Under the pieces are notes generated by a model. That model did not search any database. It saw nothing but the letters and a program-made list of their open reading frames with translations, and was not told the origin of the DNA. The position numbers and the translations under genes are program-made. A DNA stretch of 64,000 bases from the NCBI GenBank assembly GCA_022841985.1, contig JALHQL010000002.1:4211-68210 (forward strand), given 5' to 3'. Shown here one piece after another: positions 18,234-27,881 of the stretch; within the stretch, counting starts at the first letter, position 1; each line of letters starts with the position of its first letter. This stretch comes from Minisyncoccota bacterium. Its GTDB lineage: Bacteria > Patescibacteriota > Minisyncoccia > Phycocordibacterales > Phycocordibacteraceae.

Positions 18234-19307
18234 ATGAATTTCTTCACCAATTTTTTTCGCGGTACGAGTGCGAAATCATCGGTGTACATCGACATCAGCG
18301 CAGACTCAGTCGCAGGAGCCTATGCCTACTACAAAGAAGGTGAGCTGCCTGTTCTGCTCTACACGCGACGTTACCCGATTGAGATCCGCAAAGACGAGCC
18401 GCATGAACGCGCTATGCTGCGTGCTCTTACAATACTCGGCTCCACGCTTATACGCGAGGGTGCACCAATTCTTATGCGTACCACGGGACGAGGACGTGCT
18501 GATACCATCCTCGTTTCAATTGATGCTCCTTGGCAGGAGACCTCGGTGCGTACCGAGCGTTTTGATCGACAAACCTCTTTTGTTCTTACCAAAAGTATGG
18601 TTATCGCAGCGATAGAAAAAACCAGCATCGTCCCGCCAGGAAAATTTCTTGCGGATGAAAGTATCATTGGCACGATCTTGAACGGATATGAGATGAGAGA
18701 TCCCTACGGGAAAAAGGTACACCGTGCCGAAATTATCATCCTTACGTCATTCATCGATACGCGCGTGGTCGGCGGCATAGCAACTCTAATTAAAAATCTT
18801 TACCACACTGAACATATCCTGATCATCGCGGGCAGCTCGCTGCGCTATCAAGCAATGATGAAAGTATTTCCTCATGAGCGCGATGCGCTTATGCTCGATG
18901 CTGCAGGTTCAATGACCTCTATTGCGCTTGTGCGTAAGGGTTTTTTAGTTGCGGTAGTTGAAGTGCCAAGCAAGTACAGCACCGCTTCGTGGGCGGATCA
19001 TATCGGAAATGAACTCGCCATACTCGCGCAGAAGTACCCCCTACCACGAACGATATTCTTGCTCGCGCGCGAACCCGAGATAGCTTCTCTAGAAGAAAAA
19101 CTTGAAGCTGCGAATCTGAGCAAATTTTGGCTTTCAGACAATCCCCCAAAAATAGTTCCAGTCCTCTCGAGCCACCTCTCGGGATCAGTACGGCAAGCAA
19201 CAACCACTCCTCCAGATCTGCAGCTTCTTCTCATGGCCATTTTTGGAAAGGGTCGATCCTTCGAGGAGCAGCTTACTACACACAGGGCATCGCTACTTGC
19301 TTCATAA
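18234..19307 (+). CDS. hypothetical protein; weak actin-like ATPase (PilM/FtsA-type) resemblance
   Basis: VYIDISADSVAGAY and MLDAAGSMTSIALV resemble phosphate-1/phosphate-2 motifs; not conclusive. Confidence 0.35.
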   Translation: MNFFTNFFRGTSAKSSVYIDISADSVAGAYAYYKEGELPVLLYTRRYPIEIRKDEPHERAMLRALTILGSTLIREGAPILMRTTGRGRADTILVSIDAPWQETSVRTERFDRQTSFVLTKSMVIAAIEKTSIVPPGKFLADESIIGTILNGYEMRDPYGKKVHRAEIIILTSFIDTRVVGGIATLIKNLYHTEHILIIAGSSLRYQAMMKVFPHERDALMLDAAGSMTSIALVRKGFLVAVVEVPSKYSTASWADHIGNELAILAQKYPLPRTIFLLAREPEIASLEEKLEAANLSKFWLSDNPPKIVPVLSSHLSGSVRQATTTPPDLQLLLMAIFGKGRSFEEQLTTHRASLLAS

Positions 19308-19329
19308 ATAAACTGATATACTTTTCCCT

Positions 19330-20556
19330 ATGCGCACACTTGAAGACATTGTCCCGCCTTCCCGCCGTAAGGAGATGGAGCCTATGAGTCAGCCTGCTTC
19401 TAGTAATCGAGGGCCATCAAAACTTTCAAAACAATCGCCAAAATTTCCTTTTGTAATGAGTATCGTCACCGTACTGATTATTGTCTTCTCTATAGGGACG
19501 CTTTTCTATTTTTCCATTTCAAAAGTCGAAGTAACACCGAACACTATTTCGGCAGCGGTTCAAGATTCTTTCACGGCTACCCAGAGCGGCGGCAGTTTAT
19601 CTTTTGAAATTATCACCGCACAGAAAATAGCCTCGCAAAGCGTTAAAAGCACCGGCACCAAAATGGTAAGCTCTGCTGCTTCCGGTACGATCACTATCTA
19701 CAATACACAAACGAAAGAGCAGAAACTCATTGCAAATACTCGTTTCGCAACTGCTGCTGGACTTATCTTCCGTATCCATTCGGCAGTAACGATTCCCGCG
19801 GGCACTCCCACAAAACCCGGCAGTATTGTTGCTAAAGTCTATGCTGATCAAGCGGGAAGCACCTATAATATTGATCCAACCTCGTTCACTATCCCAGGTT
19901 TTGCAGGGACGCCGCAGGCAAGCCAGGTCTACGCTCGTTCATCCTCTGCGATGACAGGTGGAGCATCAGGAAATGTGCCGGTCATAGATGCGACGATTGA
20001 GGCACAAACTCGAAACGCGCTTATCGCAGCACTCGCTCCCGATCTTCTTGCAAGTCTCAAAAAACAAATTCCAGAAGGTTACATACTTATCCCCGGCACA
20101 GCGACTACGACCTATCAAACACTTACTCCCACACCCTCTTCGACCACGGGGCAGGCTGACGCAAAAGAGCAGGGCACTATCACGGCCGTTATCTTCCCGA
20201 ATGCTGAACTTGCAAAAACAATTGCTTCTTCAGTAGTTGGTATTGGATACCGAGGGGAACCGATTACGATTACGTCAGCTGATACACTCCTTCTTACGGC
20301 AAGAAACGGTCTGCCGCAGCCACAAGAATCATCGTTTTCGTTTGCTCTCACGGGTACTGCCTCGCTCGTCTACAGTGTCGACCCAACACGTATCGCTGCG
20401 ACGGTTGCAGGGAAGACTCGCCCAGCCGCCCAGGTTGCGCTCACAAACTATCCGGAGGTCAAACAAGCAGTACTCATTCTTCGGCCGTTCTGGAGACAAA
20501 CGTTCCCTCAGGACCCCGCTTCCATTTCAATCGTGACATCTACCGCCGCATATTGA
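19330..20556 (+). CDS. hypothetical single-pass membrane protein with large Thr/Ser/Ala-rich extracytoplasmic domain
   Basis: N-terminal TM helix FVMSIVTVLIIVFSIGTLFYF; no family recognised. Confidence 0.4.
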   Translation: MRTLEDIVPPSRRKEMEPMSQPASSNRGPSKLSKQSPKFPFVMSIVTVLIIVFSIGTLFYFSISKVEVTPNTISAAVQDSFTATQSGGSLSFEIITAQKIASQSVKSTGTKMVSSAASGTITIYNTQTKEQKLIANTRFATAAGLIFRIHSAVTIPAGTPTKPGSIVAKVYADQAGSTYNIDPTSFTIPGFAGTPQASQVYARSSSAMTGGASGNVPVIDATIEAQTRNALIAALAPDLLASLKKQIPEGYILIPGTATTTYQTLTPTPSSTTGQADAKEQGTITAVIFPNAELAKTIASSVVGIGYRGEPITITSADTLLLTARNGLPQPQESSFSFALTGTASLVYSVDPTRIAATVAGKTRPAAQVALTNYPEVKQAVLILRPFWRQTFPQDPASISIVTSTAAY

Positions 20557-20614
20557 CGCTTTTTTAACCACCTGCTACATTAATGAGGCATCTGGTACAG
20601 ATAATGAATCCTGA

Positions 20615-20890
20615 ATGAAAGACGGCGAGGAGACTAAAACAGCAACAGGGACTGTTGAGGAGGTGTTGCCAAATTCGCTTTTTCGAGTTCGTTTGTCTGC
20701 ACCGGAAATTCCACCTTCCGAAACATCGATGGAGGAGGTGGCTGAAAAAAAAGGAGAGGAAGAACTCATTCTAGCCTACCTCGCCGGCAAAATGCGTTTG
20801 CATCGTATTCGCGTTCTGGTCGGCGATCAGGTGGATATGGTTCTTGATCCTTACGGAGGTCGAGCGAGAATAGTGCGTCGATTAACTTAG
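20615..20890 (+). CDS. infA: translation initiation factor IF-1 with about 20-aa loop insertion
   Basis: GTVEEVLPNSLFRVRL ... ILAYLAGKMRLHRIRVLVGDQVDMVLDPYGGRARIVRR matches the IF-1 S1 fold; the extra segment APEIPPSETSMEEVAEKKGEEE is absent from canonical IF-1. Confidence 0.75.
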   Translation: MKDGEETKTATGTVEEVLPNSLFRVRLSAPEIPPSETSMEEVAEKKGEEELILAYLAGKMRLHRIRVLVGDQVDMVLDPYGGRARIVRRLT

Positions 20891-20910
20891 TATAAATTTA
20901 GATATTTACG

Positions 20911-21027
20911 ATGAAGGTCCGTGCATCAATAAAAAAACAGCAGCCAGGTGATCAGCTCGTCCGTCGCGGCGGGCGCTTGTATCGTATCAATAAGAAGAAT
21001 CCACGTCGCAAGGCGCGCCAGGGCTAG
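20911..21027 (+). CDS. rpmJ: 50S ribosomal protein L36, cysteine-less (non-zinc) form
   Basis: [38 protein letters not shown] (38 aa) between infA and rpsM; below the 60-aa ORF-track cutoff. Confidence 0.75.
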   Translation: MKVRASIKKQQPGDQLVRRGGRLYRINKKNPRRKARQG

Positions 21028-21067
21028 AACACATTTACCTACTACTTACACTTTTAAAATCATATTT

Positions 21068-21448
21068 ATGCGCATCGCCGGTGTCACCATCCCAGATAAC
21101 AAGCAGCTTGCTTATTCGCTGCCGCTTATTTTTGGCATCGGACCTGCCCGTGCGCTTGAAATTTTGGCAGCGGCCGGTATCGCTCCAAACAAAAAGGGTA
21201 GCGAACTCACGGGCGACGCAGAACAAAAAATTCGTTCGCACGCAGAGTCTTTCCTTATTGAAGGCGAGCTGCGCCGCGAAATCGGACAGAATATCAAGAG
21301 ACTCAAAGATATCAAGTCGGCTCGCGGCGAGCGTCATGTGCGCGGACTGCCCGTACGCGGTCAGCGCACGAAGACTAATTCGCGTACGCGTCGCGGCAAC
21401 GTTCGCAAAACGATGACCTCCGGCCGTCGTACGCTCGAAAAGACCTAA
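21068..21448 (+). CDS. rpsM: 30S ribosomal protein S13
   Basis: MRIAGVTIPDNKQLAYSLPLIFGIGPARA...; the ORF track's GTG start at 20948 would overlap rpmJ. Confidence 0.9.
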   Translation: MRIAGVTIPDNKQLAYSLPLIFGIGPARALEILAAAGIAPNKKGSELTGDAEQKIRSHAESFLIEGELRREIGQNIKRLKDIKSARGERHVRGLPVRGQRTKTNSRTRRGNVRKTMTSGRRTLEKT

Positions 21449-21449
21449 T

Positions 21450-21884
21450 ATGGGAAAGAAACGCATCATTAAGAAGAGCGGCAAGGGCCTTGATCAGGGA
21501 CGCAAGGAGCGTGCCATGTCAAAAACCACGAAGCGTCATCTTGAGAAGGGTATTCTCCACGTGGAGGCGACTTTTAATAATACAAAAGCGACCCTCGCCG
21601 ATGAAAAAGGGAATGCCATTATCTCGTCGAGCGCGGGTACGCTTGGCTTTGCTGGCGCGAGAAAATCTACACCCTATGCAGCAGCAAAGGTCGGCGAATT
21701 TCTTGGTGAGAAGGGCGCAATGATCGGTCTTAAAGAAGCAACGGTTATTATTCGTGGTGTCGGTGCTGGCCGCGAATCAGTATTGCGCGCTTTCTCAAGT
21801 AAGGGCATTCAAATTCGCTCCATCAAGGATGCAACGCCAGTGCCGCATAACGGCCCGCGCCCCAAGAAAGCTCGTCGCGTATAA
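21450..21884 (+). CDS. rpsK: 30S ribosomal protein S11
   Basis: ATFNNTKATLADEKGNAIISSSAGTLGFAGARKSTPYAA...DATPVPHNGPRPKKARRV. Confidence 0.9.
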   Translation: MGKKRIIKKSGKGLDQGRKERAMSKTTKRHLEKGILHVEATFNNTKATLADEKGNAIISSSAGTLGFAGARKSTPYAAAKVGEFLGEKGAMIGLKEATVIIRGVGAGRESVLRAFSSKGIQIRSIKDATPVPHNGPRPKKARRV

Positions 21885-21896
21885 TTCTTTCATACT

Positions 21897-22511
21897 ATGA
21901 AAACTGGACCACGATACAAAATAGCAAAGCGTCTCGGCGTTACCGTCTTTGAAAAAGCGCAGACACAAAAGTTTGCAATTTCAGCCGAACGTACGGCGAA
22001 GAACAAGAAGAAAGGTCGTGGACGACAGAGCGAATATGGCAAACAGATGCTCGAGAAGCAGAAGGTGCGCACTACCTATGGCATGCCAGAAAAGCAATTC
22101 CATAATTACGTGCACAAAGCCCTAGCTACGGTGCACAGCATGAAGCCATCAGATCGCCTTCACGAACTCCTTGAACTTCGCCTCGACAATGTCGTGTGGC
22201 GTCTCGGTCTGGCGAGTACCCGGCGCGGCGCGCGCCAGATGGTGGCGCACGGCCACGTGACGGTCGATGGGAAAAAGAGTCGCGTCCCTTCGCAGGCAAT
22301 TACCGTCGGCGATGTCATTGCGATACGTGAAGGTTCGAAAGAACACGGCGTCCTGACCGGTTTCGCCGACCGCTTTGCAGAACGCCCGCTCCCGTCGTGG
22401 TTAAAGTGGGATCCGAAGAAAATGGAAGGCTCGGTCGTCGAGCATCCGACGATGGCGTCGGCGGATCCGGCGGGCGATCTGGTCGCCGTGCTCTCGTTCT
22501 ACACGAGATAA
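21897..22511 (+). CDS. rpsD: 30S ribosomal protein S4
   Basis: S4 N-terminus plus S4 RNA-binding domain (LDNVVWRLGLASTRRGARQMVAHGHVTVDGKK). Confidence 0.9.
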   Translation: MKTGPRYKIAKRLGVTVFEKAQTQKFAISAERTAKNKKKGRGRQSEYGKQMLEKQKVRTTYGMPEKQFHNYVHKALATVHSMKPSDRLHELLELRLDNVVWRLGLASTRRGARQMVAHGHVTVDGKKSRVPSQAITVGDVIAIREGSKEHGVLTGFADRFAERPLPSWLKWDPKKMEGSVVEHPTMASADPAGDLVAVLSFYTR

Positions 22512-22560
22512 TCGGTTGTATTATTTAGAATATTATTTAATTGGTAATTACGATTGCGTT

Positions 22561-23520
22561 ATGGAATACCACATCACACTTCCGAGTAAGCCTCGTATCG
22601 TTTCTGAAGAAAATGTTCAGGGCGTCTATGAGATTGATTCACTTTATCCGGGCTACGGTCACACGCTCGGCAATTCGCTCCGCCGTATCATTCTCTCCTC
22701 GCTCCCCGGCGCGACAGTCACACAGGTAAAAATTGAGGGTGTTCCGCACGAATTCGCCACTATCGAGGGTGTCCGCGAGACTGTCATGGAGATTCTTTTA
22801 AACCTCAAGCGTATACATTTCGTCTTGCATGGCGACGAACCGCAGACCATTTCTCTCATGGCCAAAGGCACAGGCGAGGTAACAGCAAAGAATTTTAATC
22901 TCCCAAGTCAGGTTGAAATAAAAAATCCGGAACAACATATCTGTGACCTCTCGGGAAAGGCAGTACTTGAACTCGAAGCGACTATCGAACGAGGTCTCGG
23001 CTATGTCTCGCGCGAAGTGCTCACAAAGGACAAGGTTGACATTGGCACCATCGCGCTCGATGCAACCTTTACGCCTATCCGCCGCGTCAACTACGAAGTA
23101 GAAAATATGCGCGTCGGCGATCGAACCGATTTCAATCGTTTGCGCATCCTTATTGAAACTAATGGCACCATTGCACCGCGCCAGGCGTTGGAGCAATCAA
23201 TCGAGACGATGATTCACCAATTGCGTGCCGTCATCGGCTTCCAAGAGGGTGCACCGGCCGTCGCGTCTCTTTCCGCCCTTGCTTCAGAAGGGAAAAAGAG
23301 TAAGGAAGAGGGCACCGATGCATCAAAAATAAAAGTCTCCGATCTAGAACTCTCTGCCCGCGTTGCATCCTCTCTTGAAGAAGCTGGCATCAAGAGCGCT
23401 GCAGGCCTTGCAAGAAAGACAGCAACTGCACTAAAAGAACTCGACGGCATCGGCGAGAAAGCTATTGAGGAGATCTCTAAAGCGCTCGCAGGTTGCGGGC
23501 TCACGCTCAAAGGCGAATAA
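22561..23520 (+). CDS. rpoA: DNA-directed RNA polymerase alpha subunit
   Basis: GYGHTLGNSLRRIILSSLPGATV N-terminal domain, C-terminal alpha-CTD (LELSARVASSLEEAGIKS); start taken at MEYHI. Confidence 0.9.
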   Translation: MEYHITLPSKPRIVSEENVQGVYEIDSLYPGYGHTLGNSLRRIILSSLPGATVTQVKIEGVPHEFATIEGVRETVMEILLNLKRIHFVLHGDEPQTISLMAKGTGEVTAKNFNLPSQVEIKNPEQHICDLSGKAVLELEATIERGLGYVSREVLTKDKVDIGTIALDATFTPIRRVNYEVENMRVGDRTDFNRLRILIETNGTIAPRQALEQSIETMIHQLRAVIGFQEGAPAVASLSALASEGKKSKEEGTDASKIKVSDLELSARVASSLEEAGIKSAAGLARKTATALKELDGIGEKAIEEISKALAGCGLTLKGE

Positions 23521-23525
23521 TTCCT

Positions 23526-23879
23526 ATGGCATTTACTAAAAAAGGACAGACGTTCCATCGCGAGACTAATCAACGTCGAGCACTCATCCGCTCGCTTGCG
23601 CGCTCTCTCGTTCTGGAAGAACGCATTTCAACAACCGAAGCAAAGGCGAAGGCACTGCGCCCATTCATCGAACGTCTCGTAACGTATGCAAAGACAAATA
23701 CACTCGCCAGTCGTCGACTCACCCAGACGCGTCTCGGTGACAAAGAGGCTGTCAAAAAGCTTTTTGACACGATTGGCCCGCGTTATACGACCCGTGTCGG
23801 AGGCTATACTCGGGTGATAAAGCGCACGAAGCGTGGGTTAAACGACGCTCGAAAACTTGCTTATATTGCTTTTGTCTAG
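23526..23879 (+). CDS. rplQ: 50S ribosomal protein L17
   Basis: RALIRSLARSLVLEERISTTEAKAKALRPFIERLVT...GGYTRVIK. Confidence 0.85.
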   Translation: MAFTKKGQTFHRETNQRRALIRSLARSLVLEERISTTEAKAKALRPFIERLVTYAKTNTLASRRLTQTRLGDKEAVKKLFDTIGPRYTTRVGGYTRVIKRTKRGLNDARKLAYIAFV

Positions 23880-23895
23880 TATTTATAACGTATCT

Positions 23896-24267
23896 ATGAC
23901 TCTTAACACGAAGCCAAAGTCGACAACTCATACGATTGACGCAACGGACCGTACACTTGGCCGCGTGGCGAGCGAGGCCGCGCATGCGCTCCTTGGGAAG
24001 CGAAGTGTGCATTATGCTCAGAATCAGGCCCTCGATGTGACGGTTACCATTAATAATGCATCTAAACTGCATTTGCCTGCACGTCGTACGAAAGGGAAGG
24101 TCTATACCCATTACACTGGATACCCAGGAGGCTTCTTCGAAACGCGCATGGACGAAATGATCACAAAAAGTGGCATCGCGGAAGTTGTAAAGAAGACGGT
24201 AGATGGCATGATCCCTCGCAATAAGCTCCGTAAGCCGCGCATGAAAAATCTCATCGTCAATGCATAA
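23896..24267 (+). CDS. rplM: 50S ribosomal protein L13
   Basis: IDATDRTLGRVASEAAHALLGK...HYTGYPGG...VDGMIPRNKL. Confidence 0.85.
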   Translation: MTLNTKPKSTTHTIDATDRTLGRVASEAAHALLGKRSVHYAQNQALDVTVTINNASKLHLPARRTKGKVYTHYTGYPGGFFETRMDEMITKSGIAEVVKKTVDGMIPRNKLRKPRMKNLIVNA

Positions 24268-24667
24268 CTATATGGCAACAGGATACATTCACACTGTCGG
24301 ACGCCGTAAGACCGCTATCGCGAGTGTGCGCATGATTGCTGCTCCAAAATCGAGCCTTACCGTTAACGGGAAAACTCCAAAAGAGTATTTCAAGACTGAT
24401 CTCCGTGCTCTCATTGCTGGAGAGGCTCTTGAAACCGCAAAGAGCGTCGAGAATTATGCGGTTACCGCACATGTCTCAGGCGGTGGTATTGCCGCGCAGG
24501 CAGACGCAATCCGCCACGCTATAAGTCGTGCTGTCATCAAGGCGGAACCAAGCACTCGTGCCGTCCTCAAAGCCGCAACCTTCCTCAAGCGTGACCCTCG
24601 TGCTAAGGAACGCAAGAAGCCAGGACTTGTAAAAGCGCGTAAGGCCAAGCAGTGGAGCAAACGTTAA
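24260..24667 (+). CDS. rpsI: 30S ribosomal protein S9
   Basis: GRRKTAIASV...GGGIAAQADAIRHAISRAV...KRDPRAKERKKPGLVKARKAKQWSKR; alternative start at 24272. Confidence 0.9.
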   Translation: MHNYMATGYIHTVGRRKTAIASVRMIAAPKSSLTVNGKTPKEYFKTDLRALIAGEALETAKSVENYAVTAHVSGGGIAAQADAIRHAISRAVIKAEPSTRAVLKAATFLKRDPRAKERKKPGLVKARKAKQWSKR

Positions 24668-24677
24668 TCTTTCCATC

Positions 24678-24702
24678 AAAAACCGCCGCAAGGCGGTTTT
24701 TG
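24678..24702 (+). terminator. intrinsic terminator ending the ribosomal-protein/rpoA operon
   Basis: AAAAACCGCC-gcaa-GGCGGTTTTT. Confidence 0.7.
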
Positions 24703-24709
24703 ATGACTA

Positions 24710-24738
24710 TTGACAAAACAGTATATAGTTCTATTATA
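24710..24738 (+). promoter_or_regulatory. sigma70-like promoter (TTGACA -16/17- TATTAT) for the orphan gene at 24789
   Basis: TTGACA at 24710..24715, TATTAT at 24732..24737. Confidence 0.45.
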
Positions 24739-24788
24739 GACAACAGACGGCGCAATCATGCGCCCAGTTGCACAAAAAGAGGTGATTT

Positions 24789-25220
24789 ATGGTTGGTACT
24801 GCCACGGAGAAAGAATCAGGACACGTTTGGATTCCAAAGATCTCAAGAGAGACACTTTTAAAGCTCTCAAAACAAGTGAGACAAGTGGTTTCTATCGAAG
24901 GATTTGGACTCTATTACGCCGTCAAACCAGTAGATCCTCACTTTTCCTTACGGAACCCTACGCCTGCTGAAAAAGTCGAGGGCAATCTCAAACCGTACTG
25001 CACAATTGGCACCTTTCACACGTTCAGTGATCGAGATTATTTCACTCCAACGCTAGCCGAAGTACTCGCCCAAATCCCTCCATCGTATACCGATAAAGTG
25101 GTGGCGTTTGAAATCACCACTGATCCCACAAGGAAAGATGACCCTCTCAATACAGGTACTGCGGCACTCAAGTCAGGCTATCACACCGCCTTGACGCGGT
25201 TCTACACTGAAAAAAAGTAG
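24789..25220 (+). CDS. hypothetical protein (143 aa)
   Basis: ORF bounded by its own promoter-like and terminator elements; no motif recognised. Confidence 0.4.
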   Translation: MVGTATEKESGHVWIPKISRETLLKLSKQVRQVVSIEGFGLYYAVKPVDPHFSLRNPTPAEKVEGNLKPYCTIGTFHTFSDRDYFTPTLAEVLAQIPPSYTDKVVAFEITTDPTRKDDPLNTGTAALKSGYHTALTRFYTEKK

Positions 25221-25245
25221 CAGCGATCACTCGCTTCCTTAACCC

Positions 25246-25285
25246 ACCCCCGAACAGCATATGCTGTTCGGGGGTTTCATTTTTC
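25246..25285 (+). terminator. intrinsic terminator
   Basis: CCCCCGAACAGCATA/TGCTGTTCGGGGG followed by TTTCATTTTT. Confidence 0.7.
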
Positions 25286-25330
25286 CTGTAACTTTTTGAC
25301 TCGATTTAGGATTTCATACATAATAGAAGT

Positions 25331-25861
25331 ATGGATGAACAAGAAGATATTGTTATAGAGCCGGAACAGGGCGAAGAGGTGCGTAAGGGAACGCCTGAAG
25401 AAAAAATCGCGAAAATGCGTGAGGAATTAAGCGCATGTCGCAAGGAGAAGCAGGAATATATGGACGGTTGGCAGCGATCCAAGGCGGATTATGTAAATTT
25501 GCTCAAGCGATTTGAAACTGAAAGCAAGTCTGCAAAGCAGGGAGGGGTCGTGAAAGCCATTGAGACGCTTCTCCCCGCATTCGATGCTCTAGAGCGCGCA
25601 AAGGAACATGGCGAGATACCGAGCGGATTTGTTGCTATCGCTAAACAACTCGAGGGCGCTTTCACATCACTCGGACTTGAGGAGCTCGGGAAAATAGGCG
25701 AACCATTTAATCCGGCGTTCCATGAAGCACTCGGACAAGATTCCACCGACTCCATTGAAACCGACGACAGCATTACGGCAGTTCTCGAAAAAGGATGGAA
25801 AATTGGAGATTCGATCATCCGTCCGGCGAAAGTTCGCGTTGCATACTTTGCAAGCAAGTAA
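25331..25861 (+). CDS. grpE: nucleotide exchange factor GrpE
   Basis: GWQRSKADYVNLLKRFE, LLPAFDALERA, RPAKVRVAYF. Confidence 0.85.
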   Translation: MDEQEDIVIEPEQGEEVRKGTPEEKIAKMREELSACRKEKQEYMDGWQRSKADYVNLLKRFETESKSAKQGGVVKAIETLLPAFDALERAKEHGEIPSGFVAIAKQLEGAFTSLGLEELGKIGEPFNPAFHEALGQDSTDSIETDDSITAVLEKGWKIGDSIIRPAKVRVAYFASK

Positions 25862-25897
25862 AAAAAGCGTAAAATAAATCCCTAACTTTAAAAATAT

Positions 25898-27790
25898 ATG
25901 GCAAAAATCCTTGGTATTGATTTGGGCACTACAAACTCCGCGATGGCTATCGTCGAGGGTGGCGAGCCCCGCGTTCTTGAGAACGCCGAGGGTGCGCGCA
26001 CGACTCCGTCTATCGTCGCGATAGGGAAGACTGGCGAACGCGTCGTCGGTACCCTTGCCAAGCGCCAGTCGGTCACGAATCCACTCAATACAATTTTTCA
26101 GATCAAACGATTTATCGGCCACACGTTTGATGAATCGGCAGTACAGAAGGACAAAGCAGTCGTTCCATTTGAAATGCGCAAAGCTGGTAATGGAGGTATC
26201 GAAGTGAAAATGACCGATAAGTGGTATCGCCCTGAAGAAGTCTCAGCGATGATCCTTGGCAAGCTGAAGGCTGATGCAGAAGCAAAACTCGGCGAGAAGA
26301 TTACTCAGGCAGTCATCACGGTCCCAGCATATTTCAACGACGACCAACGGAGTGCGACGAAGGCCGCGGGGCAGATTGCCGGTCTTGAAGTGTTACGCAT
26401 CATCAACGAACCTACGGCCGCTGCGCTCGCATACGGTTTCAACAAGAAAAAAGATGAGAAAATCGCAGTCTTTGACTTCGGTGGAGGTACCTTCGATATT
26501 TCAGTGCTTGAGGTGGGTGGCGACGTTATTGAAGTAAAAAGCACCGACGGCGACGCACACTTGGGTGGAAAAGATATCGACCAGAAAATTATCAACTGGC
26601 TTGCAGATGAATTTAAAAAAGAAAGCGGTATTGATGTACGAAACGATGCTCTTGCTCGACAGCGACTCGATGAAGCCGCTGAGAAAGCTAAGATCGAGCT
26701 CTCAAGTGCCATGGAAACGGAAATCAATATTCCATTCCTCACATCCGATGCTTCTGGTCCGCGACACCTACTCATCAAGATGACGCGTGCAAAACTCGAA
26801 GATATTTCAGGAGAATTCATCGAACGCGCAATGGCTATTACCAAGCGTGCGATGGAAGCATCCCCGTTTAAGATAGGCGACATCAACGAAGTTATCCTCG
26901 TGGGCGGTCAGACTCGCATGCCCGCTATTCAAGCAGCTGTCGAAAAATTCTTCGCCAAGAAACCGAATATGAGCGTGAACCCAGATGAAGTGGTCGCCAT
27001 CGGCGCAGCCATTCAGGCAGGCATTCTTCAAGGCGACGTGAAAGATATTTTGCTTGTAGATGTTATCCCGCTCTCGCTCGCTATCGAGACGATGGGTGGT
27101 GTTGCAACTAAACTTGTTGAACGTAATACGGCGATTCCGACGAGCCGTTCACAGACTTTCTCTACTGCAGCCGACAATCAGGCGTCAGTTGAAATCCATA
27201 TCACCCAAGGTGAGCGCGCAATGAGCGCCGACAATAAGTCTCTCGGCAAATTTATGCTCGATGGCATTCCGCCAGCTCCAAGAGGCATGCCACAAGTGGA
27301 AGTGACTTTTGACGTGGACGCATCCGGCATTCTCACCGTAAAGGCGATGGAAAAAACGACTGGCAAAGTACAGTCAATCCGTATCGAAGGCTCAACAGGT
27401 CTTTCCAAAGAAGACATTGAGAAGATGAAGACAGATGCCGAGGCTCATGCGGCAGACGACGAGAAGCGCAAAGTACTCGTGGAAGCACGTAACATTGCCG
27501 ATCAAGCTGTGTACGCCGCTGAGAAGGCGATAAAAGAGAACGGGGAAAAGGCGGGCGCTGAAGTGGTAAAGGAAGTACAGGACAAAATTGATGCCCTTAA
27601 AACAGCGCGCAACAGCGAAGATGCCGCCCTCATTAAAACCACAACCGAGACCCTCTCGGCGACACTTTCCAAGATTGGTGAGGCAATGATGAAAAATCAG
27701 ACACCACCACCAGCACCTGGTGCAGACGGCCAGACGCCGCCAGATGCCGCCGCTGGCGCAACCGACGCAGAGTTTAAAGAGAAGCCGTAG
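25898..27790 (+). CDS. dnaK: molecular chaperone DnaK (Hsp70)
   Basis: [38 protein letters not shown] and other Hsp70 signatures; 630 aa. Confidence 0.95.
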   Translation: MAKILGIDLGTTNSAMAIVEGGEPRVLENAEGARTTPSIVAIGKTGERVVGTLAKRQSVTNPLNTIFQIKRFIGHTFDESAVQKDKAVVPFEMRKAGNGGIEVKMTDKWYRPEEVSAMILGKLKADAEAKLGEKITQAVITVPAYFNDDQRSATKAAGQIAGLEVLRIINEPTAAALAYGFNKKKDEKIAVFDFGGGTFDISVLEVGGDVIEVKSTDGDAHLGGKDIDQKIINWLADEFKKESGIDVRNDALARQRLDEAAEKAKIELSSAMETEINIPFLTSDASGPRHLLIKMTRAKLEDISGEFIERAMAITKRAMEASPFKIGDINEVILVGGQTRMPAIQAAVEKFFAKKPNMSVNPDEVVAIGAAIQAGILQGDVKDILLVDVIPLSLAIETMGGVATKLVERNTAIPTSRSQTFSTAADNQASVEIHITQGERAMSADNKSLGKFMLDGIPPAPRGMPQVEVTFDVDASGILTVKAMEKTTGKVQSIRIEGSTGLSKEDIEKMKTDAEAHAADDEKRKVLVEARNIADQAVYAAEKAIKENGEKAGAEVVKEVQDKIDALKTARNSEDAALIKTTTETLSATLSKIGEAMMKNQTPPPAPGADGQTPPDAAAGATDAEFKEKP

Positions 27791-27881
27791 TTTTTAGATG
27801 AAATTCAAAGTCCACAGCGCAAAGCGCCACGGGCTGCGTACTTTAACACCGGCTCGACAGTTCCTGATATGATGAAAACTA

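Noticed and set aside
26305-26886. 193-aa minus-strand ORF
   Set aside because: It lies entirely antisense within dnaK, has no RBS, and has composition typical of the shadow frame of a GC-balanced gene.
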